A stretch of 64,000 bases of DNA from assembly GCA_033762295.1 (NCBI GenBank), contig JANRLW010000018.1, positions 32,940 to 96,939 on the forward strand, in the 5' to 3' direction. The stretch is from Capsulimonadales bacterium. GTDB lineage: Bacteria; Armatimonadota; Armatimonadia; Armatimonadales; Armatimonadaceae. Shown here one piece after another: positions 1-9,328 of the stretch. Position numbers and translations under genes: made by a program. How positions within the stretch are numbered: position 1 is the first letter of the stretch; every line of letters begins with the position of its first letter. The notes under the pieces were generated by a model that had not been told where the DNA came from, did not search any database, and worked only from the letters and a program-made list of their open reading frames with translations.

Positions 1-813
1 CAGGATTCCGTCCGAACCGCTGACGTAGAGGCGGTCGGGCGCGTTCGGCAGGAGACAGAGGCCCCAGACTTCGCCCTCCCGCAGACGAACGAACGTTCGA
101 CCGCCGTCGTCACTGCGGAACAGTCCCGTTTTGCCGCCGAGGAGCACCGAGCCGTTCGTCGGATGCACACGCAGGAGGGGAATCGGAAACCGGTCCGGAT
201 GGATCTCCCGATTGCGCTCGGAGACCTTCGTCCAGGTTGCGCCGCCGTCCGCCGTGCGCAGCAGGCCGCCGATCGGGGAGGCGACGTAGGCGACGGTACA
301 GAAACCCTTCGCCGCATCGTACGATGCCGGATCGATCGCGACCGCCACGCCGGTCCCCTCCCGCAGTTTGTGCGTCTGCTTCCAGGAGGCGGCCTGATCG
401 GTCGAGAGGTAGATTCCGTTGGGTATATTGTCGCCCCAACCTTCGCCCCAGTCCGACGAGTTGGCGGCGACGCCGATTACATGCCGGGGGTTTTTCGGGT
501 CGATGGCGAATCCGTTCGCCCCGCGGGCATTCCATCCGGCCATCGAGCACTGCCAGTTTTTCCCGCCGTCGAGGGAACGGTAGAGTCCGCCGACATCGAT
601 CGGCAGGAGCAGGAAGTCGGGTTCGCGGATGGAGAGGACCACGCCGCCGCGCGGCCACTGACCGCCCTCGCCGCCCGGCGCAACTCCGGCCCGGGCCGCC
701 TCCGGGGGACGGATCGGCATCTTTTCCCAGCGTTCGGGCACGGTCGGGGCCGACGGCCCGAAGAGGACCGCGGTCAGCCACGGCGCGAGCAGGAGAATCG
801 ATCGAGAAAGCAT
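1..813 (-). CDS. Secreted Asp-box/BNR repeat beta-propeller protein (glycosidase-like); runs off the window start
   Basis: Not in the ORF track. Manual translation from ATG 813 gives MLSRSILLLAPWLTAVLFG (signal peptide), then GGLYRSLDGGKNW, GIYLSTDQAASW and LLRTADGGATW (Asp-box repeats). Confidence 0.75.
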   Translation of the reverse strand, partial: MLSRSILLLAPWLTAVLFGPSAPTVPERWEKMPIRPPEAARAGVAPGGEGGQWPRGGVVLSIREPDFLLLPIDVGGLYRSLDGGKNWQCSMAGWNARGANGFAIDPKNPRHVIGVAANSSDWGEGWGDNIPNGIYLSTDQAASWKQTHKLREGTGVAVAIDPASYDAAKGFCTVAYVASPIGGLLRTADGGATWTKVSERNREIHPDRFPIPLLRVHPTNGSVLLGGKTGLFRSDDGGRTFVRLREGEVWGLCLLPNAPDRLYVSGSDGIL

Positions 814-915
814 CGAGGGGCGCTCCCTTTTCCCAGCGTTTTCGTACCTCTTCGATTATAAGCCGTTCCCGCGTCGTTCTCCCGTCGGCGGATGGTCTCC
901 TCGAAGGACGCCGTG

Positions 916-1386
916 ATGCGTTACAATGGAAACATGCCCGTCCCGTTGCGTCTCTACCGAACCATTCCCCTGCTTCCGTGGAACGACGGAGTGCGGGAAA
1001 GGATCATGTCGTACTGGCGTGACCGGCATTTTCTCTTTATCGAAACCGATGGCGATTTTCTCCTGGCGCGCCGGGGCAGTCTGTGGGGCAATTTGACGGC
1101 GTTCGATCCCAGAAAACTGAAGACGGAACTCTCGATCGCACGAACGACCCCGACGGAGGTCATGTGCCTGCTCGAGATCGACCCGCAGTACCAGGTCATT
1201 ACGGAGTGGAATGTTCGTTTCTGGGAACTGGAACTGGAGACGCTGGAAAGTTTCCTCTATCGAAACGACACCAGAGACGCTTTGTGGCAGGAGTTCGAAC
1301 GGGACAGCGCACGGGCGAACGCTCTCTGGGTGGCGACCGGGGGCGTCCTCGGCGGACGCCTCACCGATCGCTGGAAGAAGCATTGA
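916..1386 (+). CDS. Hypothetical protein
   Basis: ORF 892..1386; GAAGGA at 903-908 precedes ATG 916. Protein-like composition, no family recognised. Confidence 0.6.
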   Translation: MRYNGNMPVPLRLYRTIPLLPWNDGVRERIMSYWRDRHFLFIETDGDFLLARRGSLWGNLTAFDPRKLKTELSIARTTPTEVMCLLEIDPQYQVITEWNVRFWELELETLESFLYRNDTRDALWQEFERDSARANALWVATGGVLGGRLTDRWKKH

Positions 1387-1402
1387 TCGCCTGGTAGATC
1401 GT

Positions 1403-2602
1403 CTAATGGAGCAGGCGCGCGCGCAGTTTGTCGATCGTCGCCTTCTCGACACCGCAGACCGTGGTCAGGTAGTTCTCGACGGAGCCGTGCTTCTCCTCGA
1501 CGTAGCGCAGGGTGTCCTCCATCCACTTCGGGTCGGCGATCATCAGCGGCATCATCCGGGCGGAGTTCAGCCCGGACGCGGCCAGCTGCGGATTACGCTT
1601 CGCCTGTTCCATCAGGGCGTCGGTCGCCAGGTTGGTGAGGGAGTAATCCGCGACGATGGTCTTCGTCGGAACGCCGAGGACGCGCAGAACCAGGGCGGTC
1701 GCCACGCCGGTCCGGTCCTTGCCCGCCGTACAGTGGTACAGGGTGGGCAGGTTCGCCGGTTCGGCCAGCGCGCGGACGAACGGACCGAAGGCGCTCTTGC
1801 CATGCTCGTCCAGCATCCGCATATAGGCAACGCCCAGTCCGGTTTTTATCAATGCGCTCAGATCGACCGTCGTCGCGGTCGTTGCGGTGGTCGTCGTGCC
1901 GGTCGTCGTGCCGGTCGCGGACGGCCGCGTGATCGTTCCGGATTCGATCGGGAAAGAGACGGCGCGGGCGGTCATGATCGGAGCGAGTTTATCCGGGGCG
2001 GCCTCGGCCTCGCGATTCCCACGGAAATCGCACACCGTCTTCAATTGCAGCCCGTTCAGGTATTCCCGGTCGGCATCGGTCAGCCGGGCGAGGGCTTCGG
2101 AACGATAAAGCATGCCCCAGCGGACCTGCCGCCCCTCCTCGGTCCGATACCCGCCCGCGTCACGCAGATTTCCGAGTCCTTCGAGCGGAAGACGACGTTC
2201 GCCGACCACCCAGGTTTTCCCCTCCCATGCACCGCCCCGGAATCGCAGAATCGCATACCGACGCCCCTTCGCCTCCAATGTCATCAGGGCGACCCGGCTC
2301 TTTTTGATGGCGATCCGGTCAGCCTTATCGTTCGGTCCGATCGTTCGGTCCGGGTCGGCCACCAGGAACACCTCCACCGAATCGGCGGGCACCGTCCAGG
2401 CGATGATAAACGCGCCCTTCTCATTGCGCGTCATCGTCGCCTCCTCCTCGGGAACGCGGACATACGATTTGGGATCGATGACCGGGGCGACCGGTTGTGC
2501 GGCGGGCGCGGCCTCCTGCGCCTGGGCGGCCAGAGGGACCGTCAGCCCGGAAACGAGACAGCCAATAAGTCGGAGGACGTTACGAACGTCGGCGGAGCGC
2601 AT
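1403..2602 (-). CDS. Secreted protein-tyrosine/dual-specificity phosphatase (Y_phosphatase3/IphP-like)
   Basis: P-loop HCTAGKDRTG, NLRDAGGY, LYRSEAL and DYSLTN motifs; N-terminal signal ending AQA; GGAAGGA SD upstream of ATG 2602. Confidence 0.85.
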   Translation of the reverse strand: MRSADVRNVLRLIGCLVSGLTVPLAAQAQEAAPAAQPVAPVIDPKSYVRVPEEEATMTRNEKGAFIIAWTVPADSVEVFLVADPDRTIGPNDKADRIAIKKSRVALMTLEAKGRRYAILRFRGGAWEGKTWVVGERRLPLEGLGNLRDAGGYRTEEGRQVRWGMLYRSEALARLTDADREYLNGLQLKTVCDFRGNREAEAAPDKLAPIMTARAVSFPIESGTITRPSATGTTTGTTTTATTATTVDLSALIKTGLGVAYMRMLDEHGKSAFGPFVRALAEPANLPTLYHCTAGKDRTGVATALVLRVLGVPTKTIVADYSLTNLATDALMEQAKRNPQLAASGLNSARMMPLMIADPKWMEDTLRYVEEKHGSVENYLTTVCGVEKATIDKLRARLLH

Positions 2603-2787
2603 AGACCCAATCCTTCCTTCCGGAATGCCCCCCGTCCGGCGGACGGACACGGCAGGCAAAGCATCTCATTGTAACCGGAACCCCGGTCGGAAAATTTTAA
2701 GAGAACGTTAAATCCGTTCGTTCTTTCGCGCCGTCCCCCGGGTATGCCCCCCGTGACCGGTGGCTGCGAGCGGGGTATCATACGGTC

Positions 2788-4668
2788 ATGCTTACGGAAT
2801 CCGAACGCAATGCTCTCCTCCTCGGAGACCCGAACCGTCGTCTTCCCGAACGGGTCCCCCTGACCGCCGGACCGTTCTCCCTGACTTACGAGAACGGCGA
2901 CCTGCGCTATCTCCGGTTCGGCGACCGGGAGGTCGTTCGACGAATTTACGTGGCTTTGCGCGGCGAGAACTGGTTCAACGTTCCCGGCGAAATCTCCCGG
3001 GTCGCTCTGCAACACGCACCGGACGGATTTCATATCACCTATCAGGCGCGTTACGTCAACGCGGAACGGAATATCGATCTCTCCGCCGACTTCACGCTTA
3101 CCGGGTCCGCGGACGGCACGGTAACGTTCGATTTCGATGCCGTGGCGCATACCGCTTTCAAGCGGAACCGGATCGGCATCTGTGTTCTGCATCCGGCGAC
3201 GGCCGCCGGAACCCCGGTGACCGTCACCCACACGGACGGGCGGACCGAGTCCGGCATGTTCCCGATCACGATCGAGCCGGATCAACCGTTCTTCGATATC
3301 GCCGCTCTGACGCAGGAGGTCGCTCCGGGCGTTACCACGGTTCTGCGCTTCGAAGGCGACGTTTTCGAAATGGAGGATCAGCGTAACTGGTCCGACGCTT
3401 CCTACAAGACCTACTCCACCCCGCAGGAACGACCGAAACCGGTGGAGGTCGCCGCAGGCACCCGCATCCGTCAGACGGTGCGCTTGACGGTTCACCGCGA
3501 CACCGTGGCCCTCGGCGACGACGCGATCAACGCCGATTCGGAGACCGTCGGGCAATCGACCGCCGCCGGGTCGTTCGTCCTCGATGCGCCGGTCACCGTG
3601 CGGATCGGCGCGGGCGGTATCGCGCCGTTCCCCGGCTTCGGTCTGATGCTCCCGCCCGACAAACTCCCCCTCCCGGAGGCGGCCGAAACGGCTCTGAACG
3701 GCATCCTGCTCAGCCACCTCCGGCTGGATGTCGATGTCACCGCCGACGGATGGCACGAGACGGTGGAACGCGCCAATCAGGTGGCGATCGACCAGGCGCT
3801 GCCGCTCCTTCTCGGCCTGAAAAACTTCGACCGGTTGCGTACGGACGAGCGTGGCCTCGAGTTGAAACAGCCGGTCGGGGCGTTTCTTTTCCTGTCGGCA
3901 TCCGGCGAGTTTATCCGGGATTTCGGAAAGAGCCGTCCGTTCCTGCCGGAAGGCGCGGTTCTCTTCACCGGTTCCTCGAACAACTTTACGGAATTGAACC
4001 GCAACCGTCCGGATATGTCGACCGTGGACGGCATCGTCTTCGCCGGAACGCCGCAGGTCCATGCGTTCGATGACACGTCGATCCTGGAGACGCCGCCGAC
4101 GTACGCCGACCAACTCCTCACGGCCCGGACGTTCGCCGCCGGAAAACCGGTCCATGTCGGCCCGCTGACGCTCTATCGGCCGGGACGCATCGCGGCGGTT
4201 CAGCAGAAAGGGTTGCTCGGGGCGGTCTGGTACGTCGCCGCGCTCTCCTATGTCGCGCAGGGCGGCGCTGCCGGAATCACGCTTTGCGATCTGTCGGGCG
4301 ATCAGGGTCTGCTGTCCGACGACGGGCGGGCGTTCCCGGTCTACGCGGCTCTGTCCGCCGTCGGCACCTCGACCGGCGGGCGCACCCAGAGCGTCACGAT
4401 CAGCGATCCGCTGAGGGTGGCCTGTCTCTCCGTTCTGGCCGAGGGCGCGGCCTGGCAGGACATCTTCCTCGTCAACCTGCAGCCGCAGACCGTCACCGTC
4501 GAGTTATCCGGCATCCAGGGAGTCTCGGCGCGCGTTCGCATGCTGGACGAGACGACCGGCGGACGTTTCTCCGGCGTGGTTCCGACGCCGGTGGTCGGCG
4601 GGTCGCTGGGTCTGTCTCTGCTGCCGTACGCGGTCATACAGGTGATTTCCGGCGCACAGGTTTCCTGA
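2788..4668 (+). CDS. apnL: D-apionate lactonase-like protein
   Basis: LTAGPFSLTYENGDLRYLRFG, FKRNRIGICVLHP, FEGDVFEMEDQRNWSDASYKTY, NFTELNR and PQVHAFDD match the ApnL family as I recall it; adjacent to an apnO-like gene. Confidence 0.75.
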   Translation: MLTESERNALLLGDPNRRLPERVPLTAGPFSLTYENGDLRYLRFGDREVVRRIYVALRGENWFNVPGEISRVALQHAPDGFHITYQARYVNAERNIDLSADFTLTGSADGTVTFDFDAVAHTAFKRNRIGICVLHPATAAGTPVTVTHTDGRTESGMFPITIEPDQPFFDIAALTQEVAPGVTTVLRFEGDVFEMEDQRNWSDASYKTYSTPQERPKPVEVAAGTRIRQTVRLTVHRDTVALGDDAINADSETVGQSTAAGSFVLDAPVTVRIGAGGIAPFPGFGLMLPPDKLPLPEAAETALNGILLSHLRLDVDVTADGWHETVERANQVAIDQALPLLLGLKNFDRLRTDERGLELKQPVGAFLFLSASGEFIRDFGKSRPFLPEGAVLFTGSSNNFTELNRNRPDMSTVDGIVFAGTPQVHAFDDTSILETPPTYADQLLTARTFAAGKPVHVGPLTLYRPGRIAAVQQKGLLGAVWYVAALSYVAQGGAAGITLCDLSGDQGLLSDDGRAFPVYAALSAVGTSTGGRTQSVTISDPLRVACLSVLAEGAAWQDIFLVNLQPQTVTVELSGIQGVSARVRMLDETTGGRFSGVVPTPVVGGSLGLSLLPYAVIQVISGAQVS

Positions 4669-4683
4669 AGGAGGGGAACGACC

Positions 4684-5559
4684 ATGCAAACCGTACAAAC
4701 GGTCGCGTTGATGGGGGCGGGCGGCAAAATGGGCTGCCGTCTGACCGATAATCTAAAAGATCACCCCGAATACCGGATGCGCTATGTCGAGGTCGGGGAG
4801 TCCGGCATCGCCCGTCTGGCGGAGCGGGGGCTTTCGCCGACCCCGCCATCGGAGGCGTTGTCCGCGGCCGATATCGTGATCCTGGCCCTTCCGGACCGGG
4901 TTCTGGGCGAGGTCGCGCGCGAGATCGTTCCGCAGGTGCGCCCCGGTACACTGATCCTGACCCTCGATCCGGCCGCCCCCCATGCCGGAGAGTTGCCGAC
5001 GCGCGACGATATCTCCTACTTTGTGACGCACCCGTGCCACCCTCCGGTCTTCAACTACGACGCCACGCCCGAGGAACGACGCGATTTCTTCGGCGGCGTC
5101 AAAGCACCGCAGGCCATTGTCTGCGCCCTGATGCAGGGGCCGGAAGCGGACTACGCACGCGGAGAGGCGGTGGCGGTCGCCATGTACGCCCCCGTCACTC
5201 GCAGCCACCGGGTGACGGTCGAACAGATGGCGATCCTCGAACCGGCCATGGCGGAGACCGTGGCCGCCTGCTGCATTACGATCATCCGGGAGGCGATGGA
5301 CGAAGCCATCGCCCGTGGAGTGCCGCCCGAAGCGGCGAAGGATTTTCTTCTCGGCCATGTGAATATCCCGCTGGCCATCGTCTTCGGGGAGATCTCCTCG
5401 CCCTTTTCGGATGGCGCGAAACTGATCATCGAGCATGGCCGCCACTATCTGTTCAAGCCCGACTGGAGAGAGCGTATCTTCGCGCCGGAGTCGGTTCTGG
5501 AGCAGGTTCGCGCCATTGTGAACGGGACGCCGCCGCCGAACGAGCGACGGACGGAGTAG
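4684..5559 (+). CDS. apnO: D-apionate oxidoisomerase (Rossmann + PGDH_C domain)
   Basis: GAGGKMG Rossmann motif, HPCHPP, CALMQGPE, QMAILEP and AKDFLLGH; SD GGAGG upstream. Confidence 0.8.
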   Translation: MQTVQTVALMGAGGKMGCRLTDNLKDHPEYRMRYVEVGESGIARLAERGLSPTPPSEALSAADIVILALPDRVLGEVAREIVPQVRPGTLILTLDPAAPHAGELPTRDDISYFVTHPCHPPVFNYDATPEERRDFFGGVKAPQAIVCALMQGPEADYARGEAVAVAMYAPVTRSHRVTVEQMAILEPAMAETVAACCITIIREAMDEAIARGVPPEAAKDFLLGHVNIPLAIVFGEISSPFSDGAKLIIEHGRHYLFKPDWRERIFAPESVLEQVRAIVNGTPPPNERRTE

Positions 5560-5719
5560 AACGAACTCACCCCGCTGACGACCCGACTACGAAGACGTAG
5601 AAATCCGCTATAAAGATAATCCTCATTCTGCCGATACCGTGAATGTCGCCCGGTCCGCTTCAGGACGTACCCGCGATACCGGTCGCCGGTCGGATTGTAA
5701 AATGAGAACGGATAAAAAT

Positions 5720-6532
5720 ATGCGCTTCGGAATCGGCTCCTACACGTACGCCTGGGCGATCGGCGTCCCGGGATTCCCCGCGCCACCCAATCCGCTGGAT
5801 GCCTTTCGCCTGCTGGACAGAACGGTAGGATTCGGCCTGTCGGTCGTTCAAATCTGCGATAATCTTCCCCTGACGGACCTTGCCGAACGCGACCTGCAGG
5901 CGTTCGCGGAACGCGCTTTTTCCGCCGGAGTCCATATCGAGATCGGGACACGGGGAATCGACGAGACCAACCTCCGACAATATCTGGCGCTGGCGCGGCG
6001 TTTCCGCTCTCCGTTCGTACGCGTGGTCATCGACAGGGGAAGCGACGAACCGTCGCCCGAGGAGACCGTTCGTCGTCTGCGTCCGCTGGTCGCCGCCTTC
6101 GCCGCCGAAAACGTCGTCCTCGCTCTGGAAAATCACGACCGGTTCCCCGCCGACATCCTGGCGGATATCGTGGAGCGGTTGGGGCCGGAAACGGTGGGCA
6201 TCTGTCTGGATACCGTCAACTCCTTCGGTTCGCTGGAGGGTCCGGACGTGGTCATTCCGACCCTCGCGCCGTACGCGGTCAATCTGCATATCAAGGATTT
6301 CAGCATTCGTCGCGCAACCCACAACATGGGATTTCTGATCGAGGGCCAACCCGCCGGTCAGGGACGATTGAACATCCCGGAACTCCTCACCAGCCTTCCG
6401 AAATGCCAGACCGCCATCCTGGAACTCTGGACGCCGTACCAGGAAACGATCGCCCGGACCGTCGCTCTCGAAGCGCAATGGGCGGATGAAAGCGTCATCT
6501 ACCTGAAAAGTCTCCTCCCGTCACCGGCGTGA
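5720..6532 (+). CDS. oiaC: Xylose-isomerase-like TIM barrel, probable 3-oxo-isoapionate decarboxylase
   Basis: GIGSYTYAW, QICDNLPL, IEIGTRG, LENHDR, CLDTVNS and HIKDF (AP_endonuc_2 fold); follows apnL-apnO. Confidence 0.6.
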   Translation: MRFGIGSYTYAWAIGVPGFPAPPNPLDAFRLLDRTVGFGLSVVQICDNLPLTDLAERDLQAFAERAFSAGVHIEIGTRGIDETNLRQYLALARRFRSPFVRVVIDRGSDEPSPEETVRRLRPLVAAFAAENVVLALENHDRFPADILADIVERLGPETVGICLDTVNSFGSLEGPDVVIPTLAPYAVNLHIKDFSIRRATHNMGFLIEGQPAGQGRLNIPELLTSLPKCQTAILELWTPYQETIARTVALEAQWADESVIYLKSLLPSPA

Positions 6533-6573
6533 CGGTAGGAAAAACCCGCGATATACTGCGACAGGCACGAACG

Positions 6574-7002
6574 ATGAAACCTAACGCGACCGGTCGGATG
6601 ACCGCTTTCGGAAAAAACGCGTCGAACCTTCCCGGTCTGGTACGACGTCGGTTTTCTCGTCTCGCCCTGCCGCTGGCTCTTCTCTATGCTCTGCTGTTCG
6701 TCGGCATGACCTGGCACCCGCACGAGCAAAACGGAGTCGGAACCGGGGGAACGGTTTCATCGTACGCCTGCGCTCCGGTCGGTACGTCCCAACAGACGGA
6801 GGTACAATCCTCCCATGGCGTGCGAACGGGCTGTCCGGTCTGTGACTTTCTCATCCAACCGGTTCAACAGGCCGGCGTCCCGGAGCGTGCCTCCGAACCG
6901 CTCCTGGTTTTCTTCGATGCGCCGGTTGCCGAACGGCCCCTGCCCTACCTCCCCTATCGCTTCTGCGATCGCTCCGTCTCCCGCGGTCCTCCGGTTTCGT
7001 AG
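6574..7002 (+). CDS. DUF2946-like leader protein: TM segment, HPH, CPVC and C-terminal RGPP arrest-like motif
   Basis: ORF 6529..7002 contains LALPLALLYALLFVGMTWHPHE, GCPVCDF and SRGPPVS*. Start uncertain (6574 or 6598). Confidence 0.65.
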   Translation: MKPNATGRMTAFGKNASNLPGLVRRRFSRLALPLALLYALLFVGMTWHPHEQNGVGTGGTVSSYACAPVGTSQQTEVQSSHGVRTGCPVCDFLIQPVQQAGVPERASEPLLVFFDAPVAERPLPYLPYRFCDRSVSRGPPVS

Positions 7003-7218
7003 TCCTCTTTCCGCCCGCCGGGTAAACGTCCTTCCGTCCTTGAAGGCGTTCCCGAACGGTTCTCACCTCCGGCGCAGGCCCCTTCCGGCCCGTTTTCTGA
7101 GCGTCGAACCGGACGGACCGGCGTCCTGACACTTCTCCTGCCAACCTCTCGCGGCGCGTTCGACGGCCCTCTTCCGTTCGTGCGAGACGGTTCGCAGCCA
7201 GCGACTACGATTCCGGAG
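6989..7218 (+). promoter_or_regulatory. Putative translational attenuator: 6989-7004 pairs with the SD region 7203-7218
   Basis: The reverse complement of CTCCGGTTTCGTAGTC (6989-7004) is GACTACGAAACCGGAG. 7203-7218 reads GACTACGATTCCGGAG (14/16 match) and includes the GGAG SD of the gene at 7229. Confidence 0.6.
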
Positions 7219-7228
7219 ATAGATATTT

Positions 7229-8401
7229 ATGTCTGCCTTGTTTCGTCCGCCCATCGGGGGCGTTTCGATCGTCCGTACGGTTCGATGTTTCATCGGTCCG
7301 TTGATCGGTCTGTTCGTCCTTCTGTTCGCCCTGCCGGCCGGGGCGCACCAGTTTCAGGTGGAGCCGGTCAGTGTCACGATCCGCCCGCAGGCGACCTTCA
7401 TTCACGTCGAATTCGTCGGCAATGTTCAGGACATCACCCAGGCGGTGACGGTTCAGGATTCCGAGAAGCGCGGCGACGAATTCGCGCCCGAAGTTCTCCA
7501 GCGAATGACCGAGTATTTGAACGGTCACCTGTTCATCTCTCAGAACGGCGAGGCGCTTCCGGCCACCGTCACCGTTCTTCGCTTCCAGTCCGGCCTGGAC
7601 CCGACACAGGCGCGCTTCCGAATGGTGGCGCGGTATCCCCGTGCCATCGTCTCTAAGGACGCCGAAAAGGCCCCGATCACGATCACCTCCAACCTGTTCG
7701 ACTACCTGCCCAACGCCGTTTCGATGGTTACGGTCAGCGGACTGGTCCATAAGCTGGTTTCAGGCGACCCGACGAAAAACTCCGCGACGATCGATCCCTC
7801 GGCGTTCGCCTCGAATCTCTTCCGCAATATTCGCGATTTCCTCATCCTCGGGGCCGAGCATATCGTCACCGGTCCGGATCATATTCTGTTTATCCTTGCG
7901 TTCCTTCTCGTCGCTCCGAACCTTCCCTCCCTGATCCGAACGCTGACCGGTTTCACGATCGCACACTCCATCACCCTCGTACTGTCCACTCTCGGAATCG
8001 TTCAGTTCGATGCCCGAATCGTCGATATCGCCGTCGCCGCCTCGATCGTCTATGTCGGCGCGGAAAACTTCTTTCTCAAGGACATGAACCGGCGCTTCTG
8101 GGTCGCCAGCGGATTCGGGCTGGTGCATGGACTCGCCTTTGCCGGGAACCTGCGGGACGCCGGTCTTCCCGAAGGTTCCGCACTGTTCTGGAGTCTGCTG
8201 TCCTTCAACCTGGGGGTGGAGATCGCTCAGGTGATTCTCTGCCTGATCGCGTTTCCGCTGGTGACCCTGTGGCGCACCGGTGTGGAAAAACGCGCCCGAT
8301 CGGGGGCCATGACCTGGCCGGCCGTCATCCGTGTCACTTCCGCCGGGGTTATCATTGCCGGCGTCTACTGGCTCATACAGCGAGCCTTCGGGTCCGCCTG
8401 A
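7229..8401 (+). CDS. HupE/UreJ family protein (extracytoplasmic N-domain plus membrane domain), putative Ni/Co or other metal transporter
   Basis: [34 protein letters not shown] and FNLGVEIAQ motifs; signal peptide ending AGA-H. Confidence 0.85.
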   Translation: MSALFRPPIGGVSIVRTVRCFIGPLIGLFVLLFALPAGAHQFQVEPVSVTIRPQATFIHVEFVGNVQDITQAVTVQDSEKRGDEFAPEVLQRMTEYLNGHLFISQNGEALPATVTVLRFQSGLDPTQARFRMVARYPRAIVSKDAEKAPITITSNLFDYLPNAVSMVTVSGLVHKLVSGDPTKNSATIDPSAFASNLFRNIRDFLILGAEHIVTGPDHILFILAFLLVAPNLPSLIRTLTGFTIAHSITLVLSTLGIVQFDARIVDIAVAASIVYVGAENFFLKDMNRRFWVASGFGLVHGLAFAGNLRDAGLPEGSALFWSLLSFNLGVEIAQVILCLIAFPLVTLWRTGVEKRARSGAMTWPAVIRVTSAGVIIAGVYWLIQRAFGSA

Positions 8402-8487
8402 AAACGGACCACCGGAAAAGGATTTCACCGAAACTCAATCATCGATTCGTACATCCGTCGTTGGTACATATCGGAAAAGGTAAGAAA

Positions 8488-9276
8488 ATGAAACCGTTGT
8501 TCGTTGGTCGCCCTGTTTGCGCCTCCGGGGCCAGGGCCGCCTTTACGCTGATCGAACTGCTCGTCGTCATCGCAATAATAGCGATACTGGCAGCCATCCT
8601 GTTCCCGGTCTTCGCCCAGGCCCGCGAAAAAGCCCGTCAGACGACCTGTCTTTCCAACCAGAAGCAGATCATGCTCGCTCAGATGATGTACGTCCAGGAC
8701 TATGACGAGCGGTTCTGTGAAACCCATCATGACCTGGAAGAAGGGGAAACGGTGGCGGACCTCTATGTCTGGTACCAGCCGCTGCAGCCCTATATCAAGA
8801 ACGATGGCATCTTCCGCTGCCCGTCGCTCAGCGATACGCCGACCCTCTTCCCGTCGTTTATGACGCCGGACATCTGGCGGACCGTCCGTACCGACTATCT
8901 GATCAACGGCTTTTTCTCCCATGGCATCGCCCTGGCGGCGGTAGCCACTCCCGCCGAACAGATCGTCATCGCCGAGCGGAATCGGAACATCGCGTTCTTC
9001 GATTACCATCCCTGGGCCTCCGCGCCGGACGGTCAGTGGGAGCGGGGCTTCATCGACGGATCGAACTACCGGCTGACCGATCCCGAGTCCGGCGCTCAGG
9101 TGATCGATCCCAGTAACCGGGGTCGCCATTCGGAGGGCAGCAACTACGGGTTCGCCGACGGTCACGTCAAGTATATGAAGTTCACCGCCACCCTCGACCG
9201 GAACAAACCGGTGGACGATGTCACCAACGTCGGCATGCACAACCGGGACAACCTGCCGCCGAACGACGAGCATTAA
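8488..9276 (+). CDS. DUF1559 / prepilin-type N-terminal cleavage-methylation protein with H-X9-DG motif
   Basis: [41 protein letters not shown]-terminal [16 protein letters not shown]. Confidence 0.9.
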   Translation: MKPLFVGRPVCASGARAAFTLIELLVVIAIIAILAAILFPVFAQAREKARQTTCLSNQKQIMLAQMMYVQDYDERFCETHHDLEEGETVADLYVWYQPLQPYIKNDGIFRCPSLSDTPTLFPSFMTPDIWRTVRTDYLINGFFSHGIALAAVATPAEQIVIAERNRNIAFFDYHPWASAPDGQWERGFIDGSNYRLTDPESGAQVIDPSNRGRHSEGSNYGFADGHVKYMKFTATLDRNKPVDDVTNVGMHNRDNLPPNDEH

Positions 9277-9328
9277 TCCCCGGTTCCTCCGTCCCGCCGA
9301 TCGTCCGAACGGTCCGTCGGCGGGACGT

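Noticed and set aside
110..1022. ORFs 110..781(-), 163..861(+) and 237..1022(+)
   Set aside because: Shadow frames of the real minus-strand Asp-box gene (ATG 813), which the track missed because it runs off the window.
7003..7228. Known metal or cobalamin riboswitch upstream of the HupE/UreJ gene
   Set aside because: I could not identify cobalamin-box or NiCo consensus elements by eye, and the uORF/anti-SD helix explains the region better. An Rfam scan is still needed to exclude one.
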